A stretch of 64,000 bases of DNA from Alphaproteobacteria bacterium (GTDB lineage: Bacteria > Pseudomonadota > Alphaproteobacteria > SP197): NCBI GenBank assembly GCA_965242595.1, contig OZ251464.1, positions 2,744,982 through 2,808,981 on the forward strand. Reading direction: 5' to 3'. Under the pieces are notes generated by a model. The model was not told the DNA's origin. It saw only the letters and a program-made list of their open reading frames with translations, and did no database searches. This document shows, piece after piece, positions 47,654-58,072 of the stretch. The translations under genes were made by a program, and so were the position numbers. Position 1 is the stretch's first letter. Each line of letters starts with the position of its first letter.

Positions 47654-50600
47654 TCACGGCGCGGGTTGCGGCCCGTGCTCGCCGGCCAGGGCCGTCAGCG
47701 CCCGGCTGGCAACCTGGGCCATGGCGAGATCGGCCGCGCCGGCGGCCTTGAGGTCGTCCAGCACGGCGGTGAGGCGGGCCGTCCGTTGGGCGTTGGCGGC
47801 GATCCAGGCGGCGGTGGCCTTGCCGGCCGGGGCTTTGGCATGGGCGGCCAGCACCGCGGCGGCGATGGCCCGCTGCTGGCGGAAGCTCTCTTCGATCAGG
47901 CCCTGCTGGGCGAGGCGGTCCCAGCGGCTTTCGATGGGCAGGCGGCCCAGCAGGTCGCGCAGCCAGTCGGCCCCCAGCTCTTCGCCGACATCGAAGAACA
48001 CGGTGGCGACGCGGATGGCGTCGAGCTTCATGGCCTGGGCGGTATCGACCACGTCGCAGACCGCCGCCAGGGTGCGCAGACCGGCGATCTGGGCGGCCGT
48101 CTCCGCCGGCACACCTTCCTTTTGATAGCGTCTGGCTGCCCGGCGCATGGAACGGCGGCGATGGGCGCTGACCAGGCCCGGCAGCTTGCGGCGCAGGGCG
48201 GCGACGGCCGGGCGGAAGGCGGCCACGGTGGCGCCGATGGCCATGGGCTGGGCGCGGTGGCGCAGCATCCAGCCGGTGACCCGTTCCAGCAGCAGCATGG
48301 TCTCTTCCAGCATGGCGGTTTGCACCGTGGCGGGAACCTCGTTGTCCAGCGCCTCGATGGCCTGCCACAGCTCGCGCAGGGCGAAGGCGTCGCGGGCGAC
48401 CGCATAGGCGCGGGCGATGGCGGCGAAAGCGTGGCCGTCTTCCTCTGCCAGCCGCCGCAGGAAGGCGATGCCGGCGCGGTTGACGATGGAATTGGTGGTG
48501 ATGGTGGCGACGATCTCGCGCCGCAGGCGGTGGCCCAGAATGCGGCGGCGGAAGCGCTCCTGCAGCGGCGGCGGGAAATAGCGCACCAGATCGTCCTGCA
48601 GGTCGGGATCGTCGGGCAGGTCGGAGGCCAGCAGGGCGGCGTGAAGGTCCATCTTGGCATAGGCCAGCAGCACCGAGAGTTCCGGGCGGGTGAAGCGGCG
48701 CTCCCTGCCGCGCCATTCGGCCAGGGCTTCGTCGTCGGGCAGGCCTTCCAGGCGGCGATCGAGCAGGCCGGCATGCTCGATGGCACGCATGAAGCGGATC
48801 TGTTCGTCCAGTCCGGCGCGGCCCTGGCTTTCCAGCACCGTCAGCGCCTGGGTTTGCAGGTAGTTGTCGCGCAGCACCAGGCGGGCGATGTCCCAGGTCA
48901 TGTCGTCCAGCAGCAGATTGCGCTGCTTGACGGTCATGTCGCCGGCCTCCACCACCCCGTCCAGCAGGATTTTGATGTTGACCTCGTGGTCGGAGCAATC
49001 GACCCCGGCCGAGTTGTCGATGGCGTCGCTGTTGAGGCGCCCGCCGGCCAGGGCATATTCGATCCGCCCGGCCTGGGTGGCGCCGAGATTGCCGCCTTCG
49101 CCGAACACCCGCGCCCCCAGCTCGTTCCCGTTCACCCGCAGGGCGTCGTTGGCGCGGTCGCCGACCTCGGCGTGGCTCTCGTGGCTGGCCTTGACATAAG
49201 TGCCGATGCCGCCGTTCCAGAACAGCTCGATATCGGCCTTCAGCATGGCGACGATCAGCCGGTTGGGCGTGACCTTCTCTTCGGCGATGGCGAAGCGGCG
49301 GCGCAGCTGGGGCGAAAGCTCCAGCGCCTTGGCGCTGCGCTCGAAGATGGCGCCGCCCGGCGACAGCAGCGCCCGGTCGTAATCGGCCCAGCTGGAGCGC
49401 GGCAACTGGAACAGGCGGCGGCGCTCGTCCCAGCTGGCGGCCGCGTCCGGGTCCGGATCGGCGAAGATGTGGAGGTGGTTGAACGCGCCCACCAGGCGGA
49501 TGTGTTTGGAGAGCAGCATGCCGTTGCCGAACACGTCGCCCGCCATGTCGCCGATGCCGACCACCGTGAAATCCTGATTCTGGATGTCCTTGCCCAGCTC
49601 GCGGAAATGGCGCTTGACCGCCACCCAGGCGCCCTTGGCGGTGATGCCCATGACCTTGTGGTCGTAGCCGGCCGAGCCGCCGGACGCGAAGGCGTCGCCC
49701 AGCCAGTGGCCGTATTCGGCCGCCACCTCGTTGGCGATGTCGGAGAAGGTGGCGGTGCCCTTGTCGGCGGCGACCACCAGATAGGGATCGTCGCCATCGT
49801 AGCGCACCACGCGCTCGCGCTCGACCACGGCGCCGGCGGCGATGTTGTCGGTGATGTCCAGCATCCCGGCCATGAACAGGCGGTAGCAGGCGATGGCCTC
49901 GGCCTGGAGCGCCTCGCGGGTGGACGGCGGGCGCTTGACGACGAAGCCGCCCTTGGAGCCGACCGGAACGATGACGGCGTTTTTGACCGTTTGCGCCTTG
50001 GCCAGGCCCAGCACCTCGGTGCGGAAGTCTTCGCGCCGGTCGGACCAGCGGATGCCGCCCCGGGCCACCGGCCCGCCGCGCAGATGCACCGCCTCCATGC
50101 GGGCGGAATAGACGAAGATTTCGCGCCACGGCTTCGGTTCCGGCAGGGGGTCGATGGCGCCGCTGTCGAATTTGAGCGCGAGGCAGGGCTTGGGGGCGCC
50201 GTCCTTTCCGCGCTGGAAGAAATTGGTGCGCAGCGTCGCCTCGATCAGATTGAGATAGCGGCGCAGGATGCGGTCCTGATCGAGGGAGGCGACCCGGTCG
50301 AGCTCCTCGGCCAGCAGCCGGCGCAGCCCCTGGCAGCGGGTGTCGGCGTCGTCGCGGCGGTCGGGATCGAAGCGGGCCTCGAACAGCTGGACCAGGGCGC
50401 GGGCGATGGCGGGATTGGCGGCCAGCGTCGCCTCGACATAGGCCTGGCTGAAGGGCGCGCCGATCTGGATCAGATAGCGGGCATAGGCGCGCAGCACGAC
50501 GATCTGGCGCCAGCCCAGCCCGGCCAGCACCAAATTGTTGAAATCGTCGCTTTCGATCTCGCCCGACCACAGGCGCGCGAAGGCTTCGTGGAAGCGTTCG

Positions 50601-52501
50601 CGCAGGGCGGCGGCATCCACCTGCCAGGCGAATTTCAGCCGCACCCGGAAGTCGTGAACCCAGACCGGCGAACTGCCTTCGGGGCGCAGTTCGTGGGGGC
50701 TTTCCTCCATCACCACCAGACCCATATGTTCCAGCATCGGCATGATGTCGGAGAGCGGCACCGGCGCGCCGGAACGATAGACCTTGAAATTGAGCGCGCC
50801 TTCTTCGGCATCCACGCGGCGGTGGAGATTCATGGCGATGCCGCCCGGCGCCATGGCCTCGATGCGCTCGATGTCGGCAACCGCCAGGGCGGCGCTGTAG
50901 GTTTCCTTGTAGCTGGCCGGGACGGCGCCCCGGTAGCGGTGATAGAGCGCCATGCCGGCGCCTTCGCCGCGCCGTTCGATCAGCGCGTCGCGGAAATCGT
51001 CGTCCCAGCGGCGCGAGGCGGCGACCAGCAGCGCCTCGATCTCTCTGGCGTCGGCGGCGTCGGCATCGCCTTCGGGGGTGTGGACGATGTAATGGGCCCG
51101 GGCCATGGGCGCATCGGAAAGCTGAGTCGCGACCTCGGCCGAACTGCCGCCCAGCTCCGCCATCAGGATGGCCTGCATGCGCTGGCGCAGGGCGGTGGTG
51201 TAGGCGTCGCGGGGCACGAATACGAAGCAGGAGACGAACTGGCCGTAGCTGTCGTGGCGCATGAACAGGCGCAGGCGCTGGCGGTGCTCCATATGCAGGA
51301 TGCCATGGGCGGTGCGCTCCAGCTTCGCCGCGCCCATCTGGAACAGCTCGTCGCGGGGGAAGCTGGCCAGGATGTGCTCCAGCGCCTTGGCGTTGTGGCT
51401 GCCGGGCGCGAAGCCCGAGCGCGCCATCGCCGCCTGGGCCTTGCGCCGCAGCAGCGGGATGCCGGCGAGCGGGGCGCTGTAGGCGGCGGAGGTGAGCAGG
51501 CCCAGGAAGCGGCGCTCGCCCACCACGCGGCCGTCGCCGCCGAAGCGGCGCACGCCGATGTAATCCATATAGACCGGGCGGTGGACGTCGGAGCGGGTCC
51601 AGGATTTCGAGACGATGAAGAGCTCCCGGCGCTCCAGCTGGCGGGCGAAGCGCGGCGCCAGCGGCTTGTCGTGCCAGGCGCGGCGCTCGTCGGAGAGATG
51701 GCGCAGGATGCCCAGGCTGCCGCTTTCGACCACCTTGGAGAACACCGCGCCGCCCTTGCGCTGCAAGACATATTCGCGATGGCCCAGGAAGGTGAAATTG
51801 TCGTCGCGCAGCCAGCGCAGAAAGGCCAGCCCTTCCGCCAGATCGTCGGCGGCGACCGGCGGCGGGCGGGCCTCCATCTCGGCGATCTGGGCGTCCAGGG
51901 CGGCCAGCATCGGCTGCCAGTCTTCGACCGCGGCGCGGACATGGCCCAGCGCCAGAGCCAGGCGGCGGCCCATCTCTTCGTGGCGCGGGCCTTCGGGCTG
52001 CTGTGTAACCTCGACATGGAGCACCGATTCGGCGGCGAAGGCGGCGCCGTCTTCGTCGCCGGTGGCCCCGGTGGCTATGGCGGCGACGGTGCCGTCGCCG
52101 GCCCGGGCGACGCGGATCACGGGGTGGATCAGCAGCAGCACCGCCAGGCCCATGCGGTTGAGCGCCGCCACCACGGAATCGACCAGGAACGGCATGTCGT
52201 CGTTGACGATCTCGACCACGGTGTGGGTCGATTGCCAGCCGTCGCGTTCCAGGTCGGGGTTGTAGATGCGGATGCGGGGCGTGGCGTCATGGCGGGGCTG
52301 CTTCAGCCACTGCCAGAGCGAGGCGACGGCGCCGAAGAGGTTGTCCGCCGCCTCGCCTTCGATGTCCTCGGCGATCAGATCGGCGAAATAGCGGCGCGCG
52401 AAGGCGGCCAGGCGCGGCGCCTCGCCACCGAAGCGCTCATCCACCAGCGCCAGCACCGCCGCCACGCGCTCTGCCAGCATGTCCCGGTCACGCTGCGCCA
52501 T
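47654..52501 (-). CDS. Large NAD-specific glutamate dehydrogenase
   Basis: DDMPFLVDS, ARGGIRWSDR, KNAVIVPVGSKGGF, VVAADKGTA, GDMAGDVFGNG, NSAGVDCSDHEVN. Confidence 0.95.
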   Translation of the reverse strand: MAQRDRDMLAERVAAVLALVDERFGGEAPRLAAFARRYFADLIAEDIEGEAADNLFGAVASLWQWLKQPRHDATPRIRIYNPDLERDGWQSTHTVVEIVNDDMPFLVDSVVAALNRMGLAVLLLIHPVIRVARAGDGTVAAIATGATGDEDGAAFAAESVLHVEVTQQPEGPRHEEMGRRLALALGHVRAAVEDWQPMLAALDAQIAEMEARPPPVAADDLAEGLAFLRWLRDDNFTFLGHREYVLQRKGGAVFSKVVESGSLGILRHLSDERRAWHDKPLAPRFARQLERRELFIVSKSWTRSDVHRPVYMDYIGVRRFGGDGRVVGERRFLGLLTSAAYSAPLAGIPLLRRKAQAAMARSGFAPGSHNAKALEHILASFPRDELFQMGAAKLERTAHGILHMEHRQRLRLFMRHDSYGQFVSCFVFVPRDAYTTALRQRMQAILMAELGGSSAEVATQLSDAPMARAHYIVHTPEGDADAADAREIEALLVAASRRWDDDFRDALIERRGEGAGMALYHRYRGAVPASYKETYSAALAVADIERIEAMAPGGIAMNLHRRVDAEEGALNFKVYRSGAPVPLSDIMPMLEHMGLVVMEESPHELRPEGSSPVWVHDFRVRLKFAWQVDAAALRERFHEAFARLWSGEIESDDFNNLVLAGLGWRQIVVLRAYARYLIQIGAPFSQAYVEATLAANPAIARALVQLFEARFDPDRRDDADTRCQGLRRLLAEELDRVASLDQDRILRRYLNLIEATLRTNFFQRGKDGAPKPCLALKFDSGAIDPLPEPKPWREIFVYSARMEAVHLRGGPVARGGIRWSDRREDFRTEVLGLAKAQTVKNAVIVPVGSKGGFVVKRPPSTREALQAEAIACYRLFMAGMLDITDNIAAGAVVERERVVRYDGDDPYLVVAADKGTATFSDIANEVAAEYGHWLGDAFASGGSAGYDHKVMGITAKGAWVAVKRHFRELGKDIQNQDFTVVGIGDMAGDVFGNGMLLSKHIRLVGAFNHLHIFADPDPDAAASWDERRRLFQLPRSSWADYDRALLSPGGAIFERSAKALELSPQLRRRFAIAEEKVTPNRLIVAMLKADIELFWNGGIGTYVKASHESHAEVGDRANDALRVNGNELGARVFGEGGNLGATQAGRIEYALAGGRLNSDAIDNSAGVDCSDHEVNIKILLDGVVEAGDMTVKQRNLLLDDMTWDIARLVLRDNYLQTQALTVLESQGRAGLDEQIRFMRAIEHAGLLDRRLEGLPDDEALAEWRGRERRFTRPELSVLLAYAKMDLHAALLASDLPDDPDLQDDLVRYFPPPLQERFRRRILGHRLRREIVATITTNSIVNRAGIAFLRRLAEEDGHAFAAIARAYAVARDAFALRELWQAIEALDNEVPATVQTAMLEETMLLLERVTGWMLRHRAQPMAIGATVAAFRPAVAALRRKLPGLVSAHRRRSMRRAARRYQKEGVPAETAAQIAGLRTLAAVCDVVDTAQAMKLDAIRVATVFFDVGEELGADWLRDLLGRLPIESRWDRLAQQGLIEESFRQQRAIAAAVLAAHAKAPAGKATAAWIAANAQRTARLTAVLDDLKAAGAADLAMAQVASRALTALAGEHGPQPAP

Positions 52502-52701
52502 AACCCCTCCCCGCCGGGTGGGAAGCCTAGCAGCTTGGCAGGCGATGGGGGAGCGGGGGTGCCGTAGAGGTGCTGTAGGGCTGTCGTGCGACAGTCACGC
52601 GACAGGCGCCCGACACCCTCTCGGACGAGCTGGGCCGGGGGCGGGGCAGGGTGGGGGTGGGGCGGTGGCCCGATACCGGCAAGATGTCCAGGGGCAGCAA
52701 C

Positions 52702-53676
52702 TTACTCTACGTCATCGGGAATCGTGCTTGCCCTTGTAAAATTCATGAACTTGCCGGATGAAATCCGCCGTGCGCGGCGGCGTTCGACGACACCAAGCGC
52801 GGCACGAATCTTTGGGCGGTCGAAATGCGGGTGGCTGAGCAACGCTCGAATTCCAGCAAGACTGGTTGGCTCACGCCAGATGGGCCAATCCAAGATGTGT
52901 GCACCAGCGGGTTCGCGACCTCCACCAAGGAGAGCAAGCCGCACCTCGCTGGCGCGATGCCTTGGAGCAACAGTCCATACGGAGAGGCCTATTGCGGCGA
53001 GTCTGTTAGCGCCGTGCTGTGTGGTTTCTTTGGTCTTTAGATCGGTTGGGTTTCTCGCACGCAACGCGTAGCGCACATCTTCATGAGGATCCCATCGGAA
53101 AGAGTCGGTTGCATCAGGTCGCTCCCAGGAAGCGAACAACGCCTCGCGCAAGCACTCCGTTTCGGAAATCTCCAACTTATTGCGACCGGAGCCTCGATTC
53201 GGTGGCGTTGCCTGCCGAGGAACCGAAGCAAGGCGTGAAAGAAAATGTTGATGACCCTGACCAAACATGAGGCAAAGCGGTGTCGGTTCAACCTTCTTGC
53301 CATCGCGGGTAATTGCAGCATCGCTAACAAGCGATGCCCACAAATCGGCATTGTATCGGTCCGAGTCAGCAGCACGCTGGAGTATATGTGTGGCCTCGCC
53401 GGGAGGTAAAGCCAAATCTGATCGCCCTTTGAAGCCGTGATGTTTGGCCAGAACTCCCAGCCCTTCAGCCGCAGCCTCGGTGATCTCATTCCCAGTTGCT
53501 TCTTTTGCAACATGCAGACGCGGGCGAAGAGGCGGTTCGTTCACTGTCCAAGACACACGCGGATGCCAGTCGGGGCGAGCCTTTTCGAGCGTGCGAAGCA
53601 GGCCCAACAAGGCCATGAAGGCCAGCAGGTTGTCGGGTTCCAGCCCATCGAGGCGGTGAGTTGCACAGGCAATCAC
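52702..53676 (-). CDS. Type I-G Cas8g (Csb3/Cas8u2-like) subunit
   Basis: HRLDGLEPDNLLAFMALLG, FGQGHQHFL, WDP, GANRLAAIG, WPIW; GTGA overlap with cas3. Confidence 0.8.
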   Translation of the reverse strand: MIACATHRLDGLEPDNLLAFMALLGLLRTLEKARPDWHPRVSWTVNEPPLRPRLHVAKEATGNEITEAAAEGLGVLAKHHGFKGRSDLALPPGEATHILQRAADSDRYNADLWASLVSDAAITRDGKKVEPTPLCLMFGQGHQHFLSRLASVPRQATPPNRGSGRNKLEISETECLREALFASWERPDATDSFRWDPHEDVRYALRARNPTDLKTKETTQHGANRLAAIGLSVWTVAPRHRASEVRLALLGGGREPAGAHILDWPIWREPTSLAGIRALLSHPHFDRPKIRAALGVVERRRARRISSGKFMNFTRASTIPDDVE

Positions 53677-56624
53677 GATACGCGTCCCACCTCCGAAGCC
53701 CGGTGATCGGCGAGGCGCAGAATCGCCTCCATATGGGCTAGGCCCCATATCCCGTAGCACCGTTTGAGGTCTTCGAACAAGGATGGCCAATCGGCACCAC
53801 GAAATTCGAAAGCCAAGGATTGCGGCCCCGGGCTTTCCGCTGCGATACGCCATTCCTTGACACCGAGGCATGACGGAAGCTGCCCCCGATCCGGTTCCGG
53901 ATCGAAAAACCCGAAAAACGGCCGTCCCAGGCCATGATGACTCCCAATCAGCCAAAGGACAAGTGCAGGATCGCGCGCATCTTTAAAGCGAGGATGTGCT
54001 GTCGCCATCCTCACGGAGAGCGCTTCGTGCCGCCAGCCTTCCGGTAGCCCAGCACGCTCTCCAGCACTGGGCGACCATGAGCGCCCGCTTTTGGCCAGAG
54101 GCGGACCTTCGGGGCGATTCCAGGAATCGCCGCCCGACAACATGATCTGGAAACGCGGATCGGCTTTGCCAGCGTCGTGGAGATAGGCTGCCAACTCAAG
54201 GTCGCTCGCGATACTGGCGTCAAGGTCGAGGGTTTGAGCGAAACGCTTGGCATAACAGGCAACTTGCCAGCTATGGTCTTCGAGGCTGACAGGTTCCCCG
54301 GAAGTGTGCGACATATCGTCGCTCTCGGTTGCAGGCGCAAAGACGTCCAATGTATGGGTGCCCTTGACTCCGTGCTTTGCAACGATAATCGCGCCTTTCT
54401 CACCACGCTCGTCGTAAGGAAAGCGAATGTTGTAACCCTTTTTGGCGCACTGCAACGCTTCCAACCCGTCTCGCAACGCCCATAGTGCCCGCCGGTGACC
54501 CTCCTCTTTCTCGAGTTTCGCCACATCCGTGGATGGCAAGATGTCGAGCAGTCGGTCAATCACGTCGATAGCATCGTCCTCGTCCTGGAGTATCTCTGAC
54601 GTGCGACTCCACAGAATGTCGTCTTGCACGAGACCGCGTGCAATCCGAACCGCGCAGCGCCGCCCCCAGAAAGGCTTCGCAGCATCGTCAGCAACATCCT
54701 CGACGGGGCTGCCAGAGTCGGGATTCCAGCCGTAGCGGTCGCAACCGCCGTATTCGACAGGAACGATCAGCATATCTCCCGGCCACAACTCATCCGGCCG
54801 CACGGGACCGGTATGGGCGTTATCTGCCCCAGCCCAACGGAACGCCGGCCGCCCATCTTTGCGGTTTGCGGCCAACCCCAACGTTTCGTCTTCGCGCTCG
54901 CGCTCAGGTGCATCGGACATAGCGTCAAGAGGTACCGAATCTCTCCGTGACTGGCGAAGCCATGCGCGCGCGGCCCATAGTGGGACATCGACCGCCTCGG
55001 AGGCGCGGGGTGGGACTAGTCGAAGCAATTCTTTGATCCCATCCCCTCGCTCGCTCTTCAAATCGTCTTGCGAAATATCGCCACGCCAGACAATGGAGAC
55101 TCCGGCGGTCGTCCGCTCGGCCCCGTGCAAGAACAGTCCGATGTCCGGATCGGCCGCCGGTCGAGGCGATGTCTGTGACCACAAGTCAAGATAGGCCGGC
55201 ATGATGACCGGAGCGTTCGAACGCTCCGCTGCGAGCGTATTTGGGTCGATGCCGGCCGCATTCAGGCGCTTTGGCAACGCCTCGACGCCAAAATCCACCG
55301 GGCCGTCTTTGGCAAGGTCCTGGAGTTTCTCCCAGGTTTTATGGATGCGGTCACCATAGACCGGATCGGTGGCCCTTTTGGCGATATCTTCAGGGCAGGC
55401 TAGGATCGTCCCTTCAGCAGAGAACGGCCGCCCGGCGCGATTCAGCCGGCCGAAACGCTGGCGGAGTGCATCGAGGGACGCGGCTTGGGTTACAAGGCCG
55501 TCGAGATCGAGATCGACTCCGACTTCCAGGCATTGGGTCGCGACGATGAACAGAGGCTGGGCTTGCGGTCGGTCTTTCGCGCCGGTTCGGAAGGGGTCGA
55601 GCTTTTTGGCGATCCTGTCGCGATCCACGTCGCGTGAGCGCCCGATCATTAACGTCGCATCGTTGGTATCGTCGTCTTTCAGAGCATCGAAGACGCTTCG
55701 CGCAAGAGCGACGCGGTTGACGACGACACCAACGGCGTGCGGTGAGACTCCTTTTTCCCGCAGCCGATCCGCCATTGTGCGGGCGGCTTTGGCGAAGGCT
55801 TCCGCGACGGCCGCGGACGTTCCGCGCACCACTTTCAATACGGCAGGCTTACGAGCTTCGAGACGCTTTCTCAATATGGGATGGGCACGATCTGCTAGTG
55901 AAAGCTCAAAGGGTCGTTTCGCTTCTTCTCCCGGAGTGGCTGACAGGAGTGCCATGCGCACCCCGGCTCCCCCAGTGCATTGTGCAGCGGTAAGCGTTTG
56001 CCGGAACGGTTCGGACAGATGCGCCTCGTCCAGGAGGATCAGGCTGTCGGTGCCAAGCAGGCCGGCATGGATGGGCTTCATGCGGTCCGATACGCCATAT
56101 CCGCGAAACAACAACCTCGAACCGATCTGATCGACGGTGGAGCAGAGAATCGTCGGCTGCGTAGGTGTGCGCGCCCAATCGTCTTCCAGCGGCGCTCCGC
56201 CGCGAAGCCGCTGGACGATGAGCGGTGGCGCATCATCGCCTGCCAGTCGGCACAGCCGGGAGGCCACTTCCTTGACGACCTCATGTCCTTGCGTACCGGC
56301 ACACAAAGAATGGCGAAGTTTCTTGCTGATCTTGCTGGCTCGATCAAGGGCGTCGTCCACCACGAGACGACGATCCACGACAAGCGCAATCCGCAGCGCG
56401 GCCCTCCGTAGCAGGTCTCTTCCCGGTTTATCTGCGCACAGCGCCAAGTGGAATATGGCCACGTCCATCGCCGCCGTCTTCCCTGTGCCGGTCGGCAGAT
56501 CCAGCACGTCCGGCCACCGGCCGCGTTCAGCGAGGTGGTCCACCAGGGCTTGCTGCCAGGGAAATGGGGCTTGGTCATGGATACCACAGAAGAAGTCGTG
56601 GAAATCGGCGGGGTGAAGTTGCAT
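53673..56624 (-). CDS. cas3: Type I-G Cas3 (helicase with C-terminal HD nuclease)
   Basis: PFPWQ, LPTGTGKT, VVDRR, LDEAHL, QRFGRLNR, then LHDAGKAD, RHE, SHHG, LRLAD. Confidence 0.95.
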   Translation of the reverse strand: MQLHPADFHDFFCGIHDQAPFPWQQALVDHLAERGRWPDVLDLPTGTGKTAAMDVAIFHLALCADKPGRDLLRRAALRIALVVDRRLVVDDALDRASKISKKLRHSLCAGTQGHEVVKEVASRLCRLAGDDAPPLIVQRLRGGAPLEDDWARTPTQPTILCSTVDQIGSRLLFRGYGVSDRMKPIHAGLLGTDSLILLDEAHLSEPFRQTLTAAQCTGGAGVRMALLSATPGEEAKRPFELSLADRAHPILRKRLEARKPAVLKVVRGTSAAVAEAFAKAARTMADRLREKGVSPHAVGVVVNRVALARSVFDALKDDDTNDATLMIGRSRDVDRDRIAKKLDPFRTGAKDRPQAQPLFIVATQCLEVGVDLDLDGLVTQAASLDALRQRFGRLNRAGRPFSAEGTILACPEDIAKRATDPVYGDRIHKTWEKLQDLAKDGPVDFGVEALPKRLNAAGIDPNTLAAERSNAPVIMPAYLDLWSQTSPRPAADPDIGLFLHGAERTTAGVSIVWRGDISQDDLKSERGDGIKELLRLVPPRASEAVDVPLWAARAWLRQSRRDSVPLDAMSDAPEREREDETLGLAANRKDGRPAFRWAGADNAHTGPVRPDELWPGDMLIVPVEYGGCDRYGWNPDSGSPVEDVADDAAKPFWGRRCAVRIARGLVQDDILWSRTSEILQDEDDAIDVIDRLLDILPSTDVAKLEKEEGHRRALWALRDGLEALQCAKKGYNIRFPYDERGEKGAIIVAKHGVKGTHTLDVFAPATESDDMSHTSGEPVSLEDHSWQVACYAKRFAQTLDLDASIASDLELAAYLHDAGKADPRFQIMLSGGDSWNRPEGPPLAKSGRSWSPSAGERAGLPEGWRHEALSVRMATAHPRFKDARDPALVLWLIGSHHGLGRPFFGFFDPEPDRGQLPSCLGVKEWRIAAESPGPQSLAFEFRGADWPSLFEDLKRCYGIWGLAHMEAILRLADHRASEVGRVS

Positions 56625-56626
56625 GG

Positions 56627-58072
56627 TCAACGCTCCATGCTGCGACAGAGGCCGAGACCCGTGAACCGGCCGGCACCGAGGAGAACGGGACCGGGCACCT
56701 CGTGTTCGAAGTCGATGACCGCGTGAACCAGTTGCCGACTCGCCAGCGATTTCGGCACTTTCCAGCGAGTCCACGGCGGCTCGCCTGCCAAGGGGCGGGC
56801 GGGCGGCATGCCTTCGACTGCCGAATGTTTGCCAACCCGAACCCGATTTGGATCTGGGCGCGGCAGCCCGGCGTTTTCGCACGCGCCTACAATAAGCTCC
56901 CGTATTTCGGCGTCGTCCCGCCGCTTCAGATGCCGATCAAGCACGATTGGCGTGGAGCTAGCCCAGATACGCGACGGTTTCAGATAGTATCTGGGCGAAA
57001 GAGAGCGCTTCTGTCCTCCGTCGCCCGGAACGGGCGCGAGGCATAGCGGCCCGTTCAGCGGGGGACCCTGTAGCGTCAGGATGCGCCGCTCCTCATCCCG
57101 ACTGTAGCGCGCCACGTTTTCGAACGCTGCACGGAAACCTTCGATTCGATCAAAGGCCATCCCGCGTGGTGGAACCAGGGCAAATCCCAGGACGCGCCCA
57201 TCGGCGTGGGGAAAGCCGGCAAAAGCCAATGGCACAATCGCGAGATGCGGGAGCCGGGTCGGCGCGCCGTTCGGGGTGTGGCCGGAAACGACCTCAGGTA
57301 TGGCGCTTTCCAGATCCGCTTTCCGGTAGCCGCTCATCAAGGCGTTTCGTAGCACACGGCAAACGAGGGCTGCCGCTCGGACATCCGGAACCTCGCCCCT
57401 GATCGCTTCCAGCACCAGCCAGCCATCGCCCGGCGGTGCCGAATCCGGCGGCCGTTCAGTGAAGCTAGGTGCGCCGGGGCGGATCGTCGGCCGGATGGGA
57501 TTTACGCGGTGGGCTTCCTCCAACTCACGCAAACGCCCCGGATAGACGTAGCGGCGCGCCGATTTGGCTGAATGTCGATATGCCGGAGCAACGACCGACA
57601 GGAAGCGGCAGCGGGCCAGGCTCGCCGAATGGCCAAGATACCCGACGCAACCAGCAAGTGAATTTAGTGCGTTGAACACTGCGGGATTTGGTTCTGACGG
57701 CCAAGTCAGGGCCACGAGTGGATCGTCTGGGCGAGTGATGGGGAAACGGCGCGGCTGGCGCGGGCGCATATCCGGCATCACTTTCAGATACGTCTCCACT
57801 GTCTTCGACGCCCTTGGATCATTCGGTGGCACAAACACGACAGGTGTTGTCCTGGGAGTATGGTCGCTCGCGTAAATAGTCGGCGATGGCTGTTCTTCCA
57901 GCCATTCGAGCGCCGCCCGCTCTTCAGGCCGTTCGCCCCGAACCGCCCAGGAGGAAACGAGTGCGGAGAATATTCTGTCGGGTTGTGGTGGCCAGTCGGG
58001 GGTGTCATCGCTGGGTTCGTGCGCGGCGCGACAAGCACCGGTTAGGAATTCAATTTCAAGAACGAGGGCCAT
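56627..58072 (-). CDS. csb2: Type I-G Csb2 (Cas5-Cas6 fusion)
   Basis: WPPQPDRIFSALV, YLGHSAS, WASSTPIVL, GPVLLGAGRFTGLGLC. Confidence 0.9.
   Translation of the reverse strand: MALVLEIEFLTGACRAAHEPSDDTPDWPPQPDRIFSALVSSWAVRGERPEERAALEWLEEQPSPTIYASDHTPRTTPVVFVPPNDPRASKTVETYLKVMPDMRPRQPRRFPITRPDDPLVALTWPSEPNPAVFNALNSLAGCVGYLGHSASLARCRFLSVVAPAYRHSAKSARRYVYPGRLRELEEAHRVNPIRPTIRPGAPSFTERPPDSAPPGDGWLVLEAIRGEVPDVRAAALVCRVLRNALMSGYRKADLESAIPEVVSGHTPNGAPTRLPHLAIVPLAFAGFPHADGRVLGFALVPPRGMAFDRIEGFRAAFENVARYSRDEERRILTLQGPPLNGPLCLAPVPGDGGQKRSLSPRYYLKPSRIWASSTPIVLDRHLKRRDDAEIRELIVGACENAGLPRPDPNRVRVGKHSAVEGMPPARPLAGEPPWTRWKVPKSLASRQLVHAVIDFEHEVPGPVLLGAGRFTGLGLCRSMER

Noticed and set aside
47630-52567. 1645-aa plus-strand ORF
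   Set aside because: Antisense shadow of the glutamate dehydrogenase gene, typical of high-GC DNA; no motifs
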